A stretch of 63,892 nt of DNA, filler included. It is 18 parts of 18 records of this genome, joined end to end, with 100 filler letters (N's around TTAATTAATTAA, not from the genome) between each part and the next. Parts side by side here need not be neighbours in the genome. Positions count along the whole stretch, not along the records: positions 1 to 3,831 come from SRR9188676_1; positions 3,932 to 6,998 come from SRR9188676_87; positions 7,099 to 11,433 come from SRR9188676_98; positions 11,534 to 15,169 come from SRR9188676_162; 14 more parts are not named here. One strand, 5' to 3'. The notes beneath the pieces were generated by a model, which was not told the origin of the DNA, made no database searches, and was given only the letters and a program-made list of their open reading frames with translations. A program made the translations under genes and the position numbers. This document shows positions 1 to 11,716 of the stretch, piece after piece (the stretch's first letter is position 1; every line of letters begins with the position of its first letter).

Positions 1-49
1 AAAAAAAAAAAAAAAAAAAAAAACACACATACATACATACACCCACACC

Positions 50-1658
50 CTGATTTGGTCATCAGATTTCGCTATCATGTCTTGGTCAATTAATTGCCTG
101 GGCACTGGCATCTCCCGAATAGCAACCTCTTGGAATGTTCATCGACAGCATCATCCAAGAAAGACAGTACCGTATGTGTGCAATAGATATCCCCATTTCT
201 ACTTTATCAATTTCCGAGCGAATCGAAAACCACTCTCTCATCACCGCTGCTGGTCTCTCTATATATGTGATTAACCTGACCGAATGACGGGTTTATCCAT
301 CCGAAAATAAAAATGATTGACCGGATGAAAGAAAGTGTCACGCTATGTGAGATACAGCCATGATGTGAACAAAATATCTACACAGATTTCTGGCCTATTC
401 ATAGAAAACCTCGCCAATTTGATTCTCAAATCGCATCTCCATACGCATACCCACTTCACTTACATCTCATCATCTTGATATACAAGTCGGTGCCCAATAG
501 ATAGCGATGTGCATTCTCAACATCCTGCGCAGTAGGCTTGGAATTATTCTCATCGACATCATCATCCAAGAAATACAGTATCGGCCCGGCATCTGTGTGC
601 GATGTGGCTTCATAGTGCAGAAGCGCGGCGGAGTCAATGTCAAAGTCTGGAGAGAGTTAATCGAGGAACAAGATGATGATGAAAGAATCAGGTAAATCAA
701 GCAAGGTTTTGTTTTCAGTCTTCGATCAAGATTTGATGTTTGATGTTTTGCAAGAATGAGTGTTCAGTTCACTCTCTGTGTTTTTTTTTTTTTGCTTTTT
801 CTTGTTCTGCTTGTGTTTTCTGTGCAATATCCTTGTCGGGAAATATGGAGAAAATTCGATTTTTATTTTCATGATAGTCGAGATGGTATAGCTTGGATGA
901 GTCAACATGTTTTCTGTTGATTTGTTCGGATTTCATGACACGTCTCCTTTCTCATTCATTTTCATGCTTCAGTTCTAGAGTTGGCGAGGATGGATCAAAT
1001 CTCACGAGCCCATATTTCATGTAATGATGAATAAAATACCCTGCAACCCAGCATACCTTGAGTGGGACATGAGTCCACAGGGCGAGGAACCTGCTGATTT
1101 GCCTGGTTTTCCTTGTCATCTGCCACCATGGAGATGCTGCGAAAGCTGTTTCGTAACGCATTGCGTTTCATCGCAGGTTTCGTCGATGATTTTTGATGTG
1201 AGGAGGAGGAGGATCGCAGAGAATCTTGCCAGTTTGTATTTTTTACAGGCTTTTGGCGAGAAAGGTACTTTTTGGAAGGACCATGATCACTATACATCAC
1301 AATGGGAAATGAGGATGCGATGTTGGAGGAATGCTTCCGAGGATTACCTTGGCTGAGGTCCTGATGGGAGTTTCCAATCAATAGCAGTAAATGAGTTTTG
1401 ATTGGATACAATCTGCTGAGCAGCCTGGAGAATGTTTTGGTCCATAAAGATTCGCGGTGGCGATGTTGGCCGCGGAGGCATTTTGGGCCATGACTGGCGG
1501 AGAATATCATCCTGTAAAGAAAATCATAAGGAGTATCGATTCAATTGGATATTGTGTGATTCATTAGATGTTGGCAAAACGACCATATGTGTGACTTGAT
1601 CAAAAAAAAATCTACCAACCTGCTCATCGGAAGGGCCGGAATCAACAGGGCGAGTCAT
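50..1658 (-). CDS. Hypothetical multi-exon protein with internal repeats, partial
   Basis: GT-AG bounded open exons (MTRPVDSGPSDEQ|DDILRQSWPK...; FDIDSAALLHYEAT...LYFLDDDVDE); RPVDS occurs twice; no family recognised. Confidence 0.4.
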
Positions 1659-1943
1659 TTTTCTCGCTCTCTGTTGTCCTACACTTCTGAGACAAGATGG
1701 CAGTTGATTTATATGTTCTTTAGCAGATCATCACTTGCTATCATCTGGAGAAAAAAGCGAGAAATCTCAACTCAATAACTCAATTCGAAAAAAAACGAGA
1801 TTCAAAAAAACGCAAAATGTATACAAATCCTGGGGGGGATCTTTTGTGAAGACTATCCATAAAATCATCATTTTACCCGCCCTAATGTAGCAGATGTTCA
1901 GGAGTAGGAAAATTCCATCTTTGGACTTTCTCCTGTCAGCAAA

Positions 1944-3311
1944 ATGGAGGGAAACGAAGACATGCTCCTCGAAAATGAAAGACTAAGGTAAAAAAAATAT
2001 ATGAATTCATACATCAGCTTCTATTGATACTTAATACTCTTTCTTTCCTCTTAAAGACAAGAACTGGAATACGAACGGTCTTCGCGAAATCATCTCCCTC
2101 ATGGTATGACATCTGCTCTTTCGTTCAATTATCCTCCATACAGCTTCTGAAATTCATACACTGTATTTTTTTTTTTCAATCTTTAGGTGCTCTTGCTGCC
2201 ATCACATTTTCTGACCTCATTCCTCGCCACCGACAACGGTTTATTGAGCAAGCCTTAGTGAAATTACTCGAAGTAGAAATTCCTCATGGAGCTTTCTTCT
2301 CTCTCAAGCGCAAAAGAGATGATGATGATGTCTCCTCCCGAGTAGTTGCCAAGAGACTTTTCCCAGCTGATGATGAACAGGCTCTCTCTTCTGAAACACA
2401 GTCATCTTCACCTCTTCGCTCAGAAACGAAGCTTCCTGATGATGACATGGATATGGACATGTCTAGTGACAATGAGCGTGCAAATGAAAGTGAATCTCGT
2501 TCTATCTCCGCTCTTCAGCCTCTCTCTTCAAAATCTCAAACACCCGATTCAGATGTGGAAGAGGGCGAAATTCTTGAAACAGACAGGGCAAGCGCAGGCC
2601 ATCAAAGCATTCTTGATGGACATGCAAATATTATCGGACATATCATCACAGCTCCAGCCCTGCAAATCCCGACCATCCCTACCCACACACCTCGTGATGA
2701 TATAACCTCAGGATCTGAGCTGATTTGCTCGAGTGTCGATGTGGACATGCAACACAAGAAAGAAGACGGCGAAATCTCTGATGCCGAGACTGTCGGTGAA
2801 GAAGTGAATGAAACTGAACTCACAGATGAAGTGCCGATCTCAGACCTCGAACAAGAAATTATGAACCTGAAAGCACTTGAACGCGAAAAGATTCTTGAAC
2901 TAGAGAAAGAGCTCACAGAGATAAAGCAAGATACTACTCTATCTGGACTTGAAGAAGAAATGCAAGAGAATATAAAGCCAAATGATACTCTTTCCAGCTT
3001 GAACATTACACCGAAATCTAGCCCACGTATCACATCAGAAAGATTCGAGGAAAAAGCAAAGAAAAGGGCGGGAGATTTTGGCGCGAAACCCACGCGCACA
3101 GTGCTCATGGCGCCTTCTTTTGCAGCCGACACGGACATGATGGACATGCACACCTTGGCAAATAATGTGAGGCTGGAAGAGGTGTACAGCTTTCCTGATT
3201 TCTGCATCGATAAGCGAAGATGGGAGACTAAACTGCCGCCTGCTGAAGAGGTCCCTGTGTATGATAGGAGCACGGAATTGGTGTTGCCATTCGTGGATGA
3301 CAATGGTGGAG
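1944..3311 (+). CDS. ZCCHC8-like (NEXT exosome cofactor) N-terminal part, 3 exons, 3' incomplete
   Basis: Spliced MEGNEDMLLENERLRQELE...GALAAITFS..RHRQRFIE and FCIDKR...EVPVYDR resemble the ZCCHC8 segments before the zinc knuckle; the knuckle itself is not seen. Confidence 0.55.
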
Positions 3312-3831
3312 GTAAGGCCGATTCTAGCTGTCATGCATGTCCCTACCAGGAAATTGTCCAGAATTCAGCCCTTCCAGAGCGAATATCTCTAGTTTTCTGC
3401 CGTTGATAATGAGATCGACGAATGGTATTCATGTTGTTCTGGATACTTTATTCATTTGTGGTTGACTATAGCAATGTCCTGATTTTTCTCGCTTCATTTT
3501 TTCCCTTCATACGCCTTACTATAGCGGTAGTGAGATATATATCCTATGTCTCTCCACTTGATGTGGCATTGACTCGAGGTCCCTCAGCGAATTCGGTCAT
3601 ATTTCTCTCTCAGACACACACCCTCTCTCTCCCTATCTATAATAACCACATTCGCAGATCCATCCTCAGGTCATCTCTACCATTTACATGACCGCAAACC
3701 CACCTTATTTCTTTCCCTAGCTATCGTTCATGATTCTCGCTCATAATCAGTATAGGTAATTATGAGCCTATTTTATTTTCTGTATCTATCTACTATCTAT
3801 AGATAGTGAGATCGAAGAATGTCATTCATGT

Positions 3832-3931
3832 NNNNNNNNNNNNNNNNNNNNNNNNNNNNNNNNNNNNNNNNNNNNTTAATTAATTAANNNNNNNNNNNNN
3901 NNNNNNNNNNNNNNNNNNNNNNNNNNNNNNN
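3832..3931. other. Artificial contig spacer (first of 17; others start at 6999, 11434, 15170, 18280, 21615, 23897, 28175, 31546, 36929, 39558, 43014, 45762, 49736, 55321, 57511, 61479)
   Basis: Identical 44N-TTAATTAATTAA-44N block with stops in all six frames; neighbouring contigs are not necessarily linked. Confidence 0.98.
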
Positions 3932-4167
3932 GGTGCTCGAATATGTATCACTATGCCGAAGAATATATACACAAGCAAGAGTCTCATGGGTCAAATGTCT
4001 GATGAGTCATGAACAAATACAGATAAACGAGGGAAATAAAATAAAAGAAGCTGATTATTACCAGAATCGTTGCATACGCTATTGCTAAACTCTCCAAACA
4101 ATGAAGGTAGAGCAGAGAGTAAGAGAATATATCTCTAAAATCGATAAATACGTAATGAGATACTTAC

Positions 4168-6953
4168 GTATACACATTGCTTTCAGAGTCGATGACCACG
4201 GTGTGGAATGCCCCCGCGGCAATCTTGATCAAGAACGGTCTTCTACTCCCATTAGCAGCCACACCACTCACAGAGCCCTCAGTCCCATTCCTAGTGCTGT
4301 GATATGTGCCTGTGTCTGTGCCTGTAACTGTGCTCGTGCTCACTGGGGAACTAGAATTCGAGGCAAACCCAGACTCCATACCCACATTTAGACCCTTACC
4401 CACACTATCCATCCCCATATTTCCATTTTCTCTCAGGCCAGTGGCGGGATTGGTATTCATGGTATTTTGACTATTAATATCAGGATTTTTAGTGCTAAAA
4501 TCATGTCCACTGCTCTGCTGAACTGGACTTGAAGAATGATTTGGGATTGAGATTTTCTGAGGGGCTCCGTTGCCTTGTGGGAGAGTGTGATTTGGGGGTT
4601 GGGTGTGGGATGAGGGATTGAAGTTCGAGTCAGAAGATTCGACAGCGACATGATTGTGATCCTGTGATGTATGTGTGATGTTGTTAGAATTTGATCTTGT
4701 TGCGGTTTTAGAGTCTTGATGTCCAACATTTGGTGAAGACGATGATGATGGTAAATTCTGAGAGTCTAATGCAGAGGGTGTAGTGTTAGAATGTGATATC
4801 AATCGAGTAAAAGGGTCAGGGGGAATTATAGAGCCCGCTCCGGATTTTTCACTCTCAAATAAATTTGTGGATGCATTGGTGTGGTTGAATTGCTTAGAAG
4901 AGAGAGAACCAGCCAGATCCGCTGAAGAATTGGCATGATTAGAGTGTTGCGAGGATAGAGAATTCTGGTTCCGTAATCTCGGATCAGAATCCAATCGGAA
5001 GGGAACATCACTTGTGAGAGTAGTGTCAAAGTTGTGGAATTCATCCTCGCCCTCACCCTCACCCTCAGAGTCTGACGAATGGGCTGAATGAGGGGCTGAC
5101 GCTTTGGGGGACGATGTGGACGAAGAGGACGATTCGGATTCGAAAAAGTCTGAATCTGCGGAGTCGGCAGCATGGAAATGGGCCGAGGATGGCGAGCTGT
5201 GTGACAGCGGTGATTGAGATGATGCAGGTAGGACATTTCCATTTCCGTTATCATTAAGGGTCTGCATTCTGCTATCCGCGGGCTGAGTAGTGGGGGAATG
5301 TGAGGTATGGTCAGTGTGATGGGTGTGGGTGTGGGTGTGGATATCTAATGATTCATGACTCGCCGGGAGAGGGGGAATACCAGAAATAGAGTCGGTCGGG
5401 GAGGGTAAGGGTAGCAGTGAGGGCTGGGGTAGGAATGGCGGACTTGAAATATTCATATTTGGATTCGTATGCATTGCCCCGAAATGGTTAACTATCGCAT
5501 CATGGAGTGCTCTGGGGCTCTGATCATTCACTGGGGAATTAGCCAGGCTGATTTCGGACGCTGCAAGAACTGAAATAGGAGAAGAGCTTCGGCGAGAGAG
5601 GGTGGGCCGGTGAATATCAGGATGTGCATTTGTCTGAATATTTGGATGAAGATCGGCAAGATTTTGCTCGGCATGAAAATTAGTATGGTGATCAGGATGA
5701 AGATGAGGAAAGTTTGTTCCAGCGGTGTGATTGATGGTTCGATTTGGATCGGTTGTATGGTTGGGTAGATTTTGGTCACGAATTGCGTCAGAAAAGCTGG
5801 AAAAATGATCGCGATTTTCTTGATTGTTGTTTAGAATGCGAGAGCTCGGGCCTGGTTGGTGATTGATATGTCCTGTTGATGCAGTATTTGAATCTGTTGA
5901 TGTGATTGTTGCGACGGTGAATGATGATGCTGAAGATGACGATGCAACGAAAGCAGATGAGAGCGAGAAAGGCTCGTGAGATGCGCTGGTAATATTCCCT
6001 CTTAGGACATTACTGTTGCCGCGTGGTGTGAGGTCAGGGGTGTTAGAAGAGAAGTAGGAGGAAGGAGATGAAGTGGATGAACTCGATGAAGATAGGGTAT
6101 GCTGCTGATTAGAATGGTATGATGGGTGAGATGGAGAGATAGAAATGTCCCCAATGCCAGAATTACTACCATCGTTAATAGAATTCTCATTTTCATGCTT
6201 GGTGATATTAGTGTGGTCCAGCATGGGATGAGATTGATGCGATTGAAGTGATTGATGTGATTGATGTGGTTGATGTGATTGATGGAGTTCAGGGTGGTCC
6301 TCAACAGTCCGGAGTACATTGACGGAGCTAGATGCCGCATTTGCTAGGATCCCAAAGTTAGGGAGTGGAATAGCTGCTGCATTCACAGGCATATTCAGGG
6401 TTGACGCATCACTGCTTTTGCTTCCGATTGGCTGTGAACTATTAGAGAGAGTTGAGGTCGGGTTCGAGGTCGAATTCGCGGCAAAAATCGAATTCGAAAC
6501 TTGGCTCGCGCTATGGGAGCTTGGTAGATTCAGGTTGCTATGTCCAATTAAAGTTGGCGTTGGATTAATACTCATAACACCGGCATTCGACGTGATCAGG
6601 CTACTGGTGCTCTGGCTATTCGTGCCACTTAGCTGAAATGGGTTTAGTCCTAGCGTAGCATTCGGGTCTATAACAGCGGATGCAAAAGTAGGGCTCCCTC
6701 TAGCTCCATTTAGCGAGAAAGTGGACGCTGGGAACGCAGAAAACGGGCCTGAAATGCTATGGTTTGGAAATTGTGTGGAAGAGATTTGCCCCGATACCCC
6801 TGGAGGAAATGCGAATCCTGACAGAGACGGGGATGGGTGGGCCGAGGTTGGGGGGGTTGGGTAGCTAAACCCGGGGCCTGTGACACTTGGGTTCGGGGTG
6901 GTAGACGAGACGTTTTGAGCTTGAGATGACCACAAGCCGCTGGATCTGTCCAA
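4168..6953 (-). CDS. Large exon: ~900 aa S/N/H-rich low-complexity region followed by an RCC1 repeat
   Basis: 929-codon ORF ending IKIAAGAFHTVVIDSESNVY (RCC1 blade) at a GTAAGT donor. Confidence 0.75.
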
Positions 6954-7691
6954 AAAAAAAAAAAAGGAGGAGGAAGGAAGGAAGGAAGGAAGGAAGGANN
7001 NNNNNNNNNNNNNNNNNNNNNNNNNNNNNNNNNNNNNNNNNNTTAATTAATTAANNNNNNNNNNNNNNNNNNNNNNNNNNNNNNNNNNNNNNNNNNNNGA
7101 TCGACTTTTTCCCGAGAATCATATTCTTATCGCCTGAATCTTTTCAGACTGCTGTTGGAACGATTTGCGAACACTACTTGGGTGTGATCTCCGAGTAATC
7201 AGACCCGTATCTCTGAACTTTATACAACCAATCTAATATCCCTTCCTGACTATTCACGTCACTCATATTTACAACTCCCGTCCAAACAACCTGAATTTAT
7301 CAGAATTATTCAGTCTCGCTACTTTTGATAACCCCGTCCAGAGGCCCAGCCTGTATCATCACCCAACTGAATCAGCAATCAACTATCATATTTCACCTGT
7401 CAATTCCGCTTTTCGCACCATGGTCACCATTGTTGCCGGACTATGTCACCGCACCATTGCCGATTTCGTACTTTCGTGTCTTTTCCCATCTTTTCCTTCC
7501 GAACTCATTCTCACATTCTGCGATTCCGCAACATCCAGCGACAATCACGATTGAATTCATTTATCTCTTGTCATTTGTGCAGAGATACTCATGCACTCAG
7601 TCCCAGTGTCACTCATTACAACATTACTATGCGATAGATACGTGGATGGGAAGGATACGTGGAGATCATCGTATATTTTTTATTATTATTA

Positions 7692-9604
7692 TTATTGTTG
7701 CCAATGCTGGTCGGGCTGTCCCTCTTGCGCTTGGGCATTGGCATCCCCCCACTGGAACCTTTCATTCTCATTCAGGACGGCGAACACGGGGACAGCAGCC
7801 TCATCCTCTTCATCGCCAAGCAAACGTTTTCTACGAAACGCATACATAACATTTAAGTGAATAAGAGAGTAAGTCATGTGTACCGATGTGTTAATAAATC
7901 GTTATCAATGAGAAATTGTGTCAAAATCCGAATACGCAGGCGACATAATCCGGAACTTGGCAGTATCGCAATTGTATGTTGATCCAAGAAGACAGAAGGC
8001 GCCAAGTTTTGCAATCGATTGAGGTAATCGAGCAATCGAGTGGGTGAAGTCTCAAGGTGAGACGCCAGAAAATCGGAATTTTTACAATGAGCTGGACATC
8101 GGAATGGGCGTGCATCCACCACGCACCGTATTGTACTCATTTTGCGGATATACAAGCATACAAGTGCGTACAGGCGCTCGGCCAATCTCTCGTATGACAT
8201 GGCTGTGCTATCGTGTAGTGTGAGAAAGCTGAGCATGGGATAGAGGGGGCTTTCTAGAATGAGTAGCTCACCAATTCCGTGAGGGAGAAATGTAGTGTAT
8301 GGATGAAATGATAGGAACTGCTACCAATCAAGAACAGGAGGATGAGAAGATGAATGGAATAATTGCACAGGTGGATCACATCAGCTCGGAACCAGATGCT
8401 TGGGAGGCTCTTGATGACCCTCAGCAGAAAAAAAAATAATCATATGTTCTGCCTAGTATATCCCTACATCTAGAGCACCAAGGCTTGAAAGCAGTATCCT
8501 CACAGCTCTCGAAGCGAGCAGAAGAAAATACCGACTTAGGAAGTAACAACAATCTTCACTTTTCATATCTTCGAGCGAACAATAAAAAATAGAACGTACA
8601 GAAGCTTCGGAGCACGGAGTGGGCGGCGACCATTGGCTGTCAGAGGGTACACGTCGTCGAAAAAGAAGTAAATATGGCCAGCGGCCATGCCAAGCAGGTC
8701 AACCACTGCGGAAAAAAGAAGAGAAGGAATAATAAGAAACAACTCTAGATCGGGAGCGGGGCCTATAGTACTCAGTGATTGATTCAGACGAAGGGTGAAA
8801 TGGAACGAATTTTCCTCGAGATTGTGGGCTCAATGACGCGTTCGGAGAAATGACGTACCAGGAGAATTTCCGAGCATTACAGAGAACATCAACAACACCC
8901 AGGGTAGATATGGCGCTGTGAAGTGAAACACTCCCCAGAAGTTTAAGCGAACATGTTCATTACGTCGGCCCCACACATACACCATCATGAATGTTAAGGA
9001 GGAGCCGAGGAAGTGGATCGAAACGAACGGGGCGATCGTCTGAAGAGAAAAGTGGCTTAGTGTTTCCGAAACGAGTGCTTGAGAAAAGACAGGATCGTAC
9101 AGTCAAGAATGCCCCACCAAGCACTAACATCCACACGAAATCGGCAGTATGGCCTCGGAAAGAACCCTCTTCAAGGAGGCGGCAATATCGAATTCTATTC
9201 AGAGAAGCGTGAGCAGAGTCCCACGAAAGAGGTCGGAGAATGAAAAATAAAGTAATTGATTCGTACAGGAAAAACATATGAAAGAAAAAGTCAAGCCCAA
9301 AGCTTCCAAAAAACAAAAAATTCGTCAGCAATCTCCACACCTAGCCAAATCTATTTAGCCAACAAGAATGCAAGTCTCCCGAGTGGTTGGATGAATACCT
9401 CGAGCTTGTTTACAATTAAATTCCAATTAAAATAGAGAGAGAATGGGGAAACAAGGTCGAGATAGCATGCCAAAGTAGTAACAAAGGCAAGGGTGAAGTA
9501 AGTTCGTGTAACAACAGGGATCTCATTGTACAGCTCTTCAGGAGTCTACAAATTGCACACAAGAATGAGCCATGTACAAGAATATGAGATGCGCAACAGA
9601 CCAT
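7692..9604 (-). CDS. Derlin-2/3-like ERAD protein, 7 exons
   Basis: [17 protein letters not shown]..., [39 protein letters not shown]; last exon 7692-7830 carries an ERFQWG SHP-box-like tail; phases are consistent. Confidence 0.92.
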
Positions 9605-9792
9605 TGTCGATGGGAATGGGAGCGAATGTCTGGGAGGAAAAAAAAAAAAAAAAAAACTAATGCGAGAGAAAGTTTAATGACCAAAATGCTAGAAAATTCT
9701 ATCCTGCGCCGCGCGAAACACGTCAAAAGGCACCTCTTTCGATATCGGTTTGCAGAAGAGCGAGATCCGCTTTTCATCTTTCCACATCCATT

Positions 9793-11106
9793 ATGGATGT
9801 TTTAAATCCGATCATTCGAGGCTGTATCATCGGCTTAGCGAGCTGGCAAATCGGGAACTTTGCCAAGTTGGTCGGTTTACCTGCCATCTCTGGGTATCTG
9901 ATTACGGGCGTCTTAGTTGGTCCGTATTCCACCGGAATTTTGGAGAATCCTGAAAGATATGATTGGATTGATCATCTCTGCTTATCCTGCATTTCCTTTG
10001 CTGCTGGGGCGGAACTTTCATTCACTTTCCTCCGCTCATGGACCGTGTGGATCTTCCTGGCTTGTGTGATTATGGCATCCTTTTCCATGATCTTCACATT
10101 TTTCTTTGCCGCATCAAGCAGTCTCGCATTTACTATGGACATGAATTTTGATAGCCGAGTTGCTGTTGCATTACTCATGGCCGCAGTTCTTGTGGCCCGT
10201 TCACCTGCTTCCGCCATTGCAGTTGCAAAAGAATTGAAGGCCTCTGGGTTTTTCACCTCCACTGCTATCAGTGTGAGCGTTGCGATGGATGTGGTGGTCA
10301 TTATCTTTTTCTCGATTTGTCTCGAAATCTCTCGCTCTCTTCTCTCTGGCGTTGCCATCAATGGACTTGCCATTTTCCTCGCCATTTTGACCGTGGGCAT
10401 CTCCATTGTGCTTGGAACCTGTTTAGGTAATTCTTCTCTCTCTTTTTCTGCTTCATCTTCTCTTGATTTTTTCTCACCTCAACTGACTCGTCCCCTCCCC
10501 CAACTTCCAGGTTTCATCATTGATCGCTTCATCTTCACAATGGATCTGCCACGAACAGCAAAATCCGGGTTCATCCTTGCCTTGGGCTTCTTCATTTTCC
10601 ATTACCTGGCGGAACTACGCCTTATCGCACCCATGCTCACGTGCGTCTGCGTGGGTGCAATCATTAATAATGGTCGCAGCCGAAAAGTTTTACATGATGT
10701 TATCAACGATGTGCTCCCTTACAACAATCTTGGATTTTTCACCTTTGCCGGAGCCAGCCTTGCTCTGAATACCCTCCCTGCCACTTTCCACATTGCCTCG
10801 CTACTTTTCCTTGTCCGATTGGTGGCCCTGTATTTTGGGTCTCGGGCAGGCGGACTCTTAGCCAAATGGGGCGACCAATATTGCCGAGTTGCATGGATGG
10901 CTTTTGTAACTCAAGCCGGAATCAATATGGGATTAGCTAAACAAGTTCTGCTGGCATTCCCGGGATGGGGCAGTGGGTTTAGCAGCCTTGCAATTTCTGT
11001 AATCATTCTGAATGAACTGGTAGGACCTCCTCTTTTTAAATATGCAATCAAATCTGTCGGTGAGGCTGGCGCCGAAGAAGCGAAGAAGAGCGAAGAATTA
11101 CCGTGA
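9793..11106 (+). CDS. Cation/H+ antiporter (Na+/H+ exchanger family), one in-frame 84-nt intron 10427-10510
   Basis: Many TM helices, GLPAISGYLITGVLVGP, SPASAIAVAKEL, AMDVV, FFTFAGASL, TQAG. Confidence 0.85.
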   Translation: MDVLNPIIRGCIIGLASWQIGNFAKLVGLPAISGYLITGVLVGPYSTGILENPERYDWIDHLCLSCISFAAGAELSFTFLRSWTVWIFLACVIMASFSMIFTFFFAASSSLAFTMDMNFDSRVAVALLMAAVLVARSPASAIAVAKELKASGFFTSTAISVSVAMDVVVIIFFSICLEISRSLLSGVAINGLAIFLAILTVGISIVLGTCLGNSSLSFSASSSLDFFSPQLTRPLPQLPGFIIDRFIFTMDLPRTAKSGFILALGFFIFHYLAELRLIAPMLTCVCVGAIINNGRSRKVLHDVINDVLPYNNLGFFTFAGASLALNTLPATFHIASLLFLVRLVALYFGSRAGGLLAKWGDQYCRVAWMAFVTQAGINMGLAKQVLLAFPGWGSGFSSLAISVIILNELVGPPLFKYAIKSVGEAGAEEAKKSEELP

Positions 11107-11716
11107 ATAAATATTTAACAAAACGTATTCCCCCTGCTGGTTCTTTCTCGTATTTTCCTCCAATCTTTCATCTGGCGACTTAATTTTTATACATCAGACT
11201 CATCCGGGAAAAAGTATAATGTGCATGTTGCATGGTATCGTGCAACACACGGACTAGTCAAGAGTACAAAGAATACCCAAGTGCTAAAAAATTGATGCCC
11301 ATCAGTGGTTTAATATTATCCTGATCAATTTGAGTATCATCGATAAGAGGAATCGTTCGTCAGTGTTATGCATGGGCGATCCTGTTTATTAGTCGCGCTG
11401 TGATGCCATTTATTAAGCAAAATAAAGTGGAACNNNNNNNNNNNNNNNNNNNNNNNNNNNNNNNNNNNNNNNNNNNNTTAATTAATTAANNNNNNNNNNN
11501 NNNNNNNNNNNNNNNNNNNNNNNNNNNNNNNNNGAATTTTCGAACCTTCCCTCCCTAAAGAAAATGTTCCAGAGGTTCTGGAAAACTTCTCGAAGTCGAA
11601 CTCTGGAACAATTCTCTTGAGAGAAGGAAGGTTGTTACTGCCCCGAAGTGTCCAGGAGTTCGGGGTGTACAACTGCCTCTTGCCCGTGCGCATATAGGGA
11701 GTGCAGTTGTTGAAAT

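Noticed and set aside
2602..3303. Long antisense ORFs (also 58443-59036, 19818-20237, 55929-56435)
   Set aside because: They mirror the codon bias of real genes on the opposite strand and have no independent motifs
3832..3931. Regularly repeated TTAATTAATTAA as a biological repeat or CRISPR-like array
   Set aside because: It is always centred in 44+44 Ns, so it is a concatenation linker; gene neighbourhoods across it are meaningless
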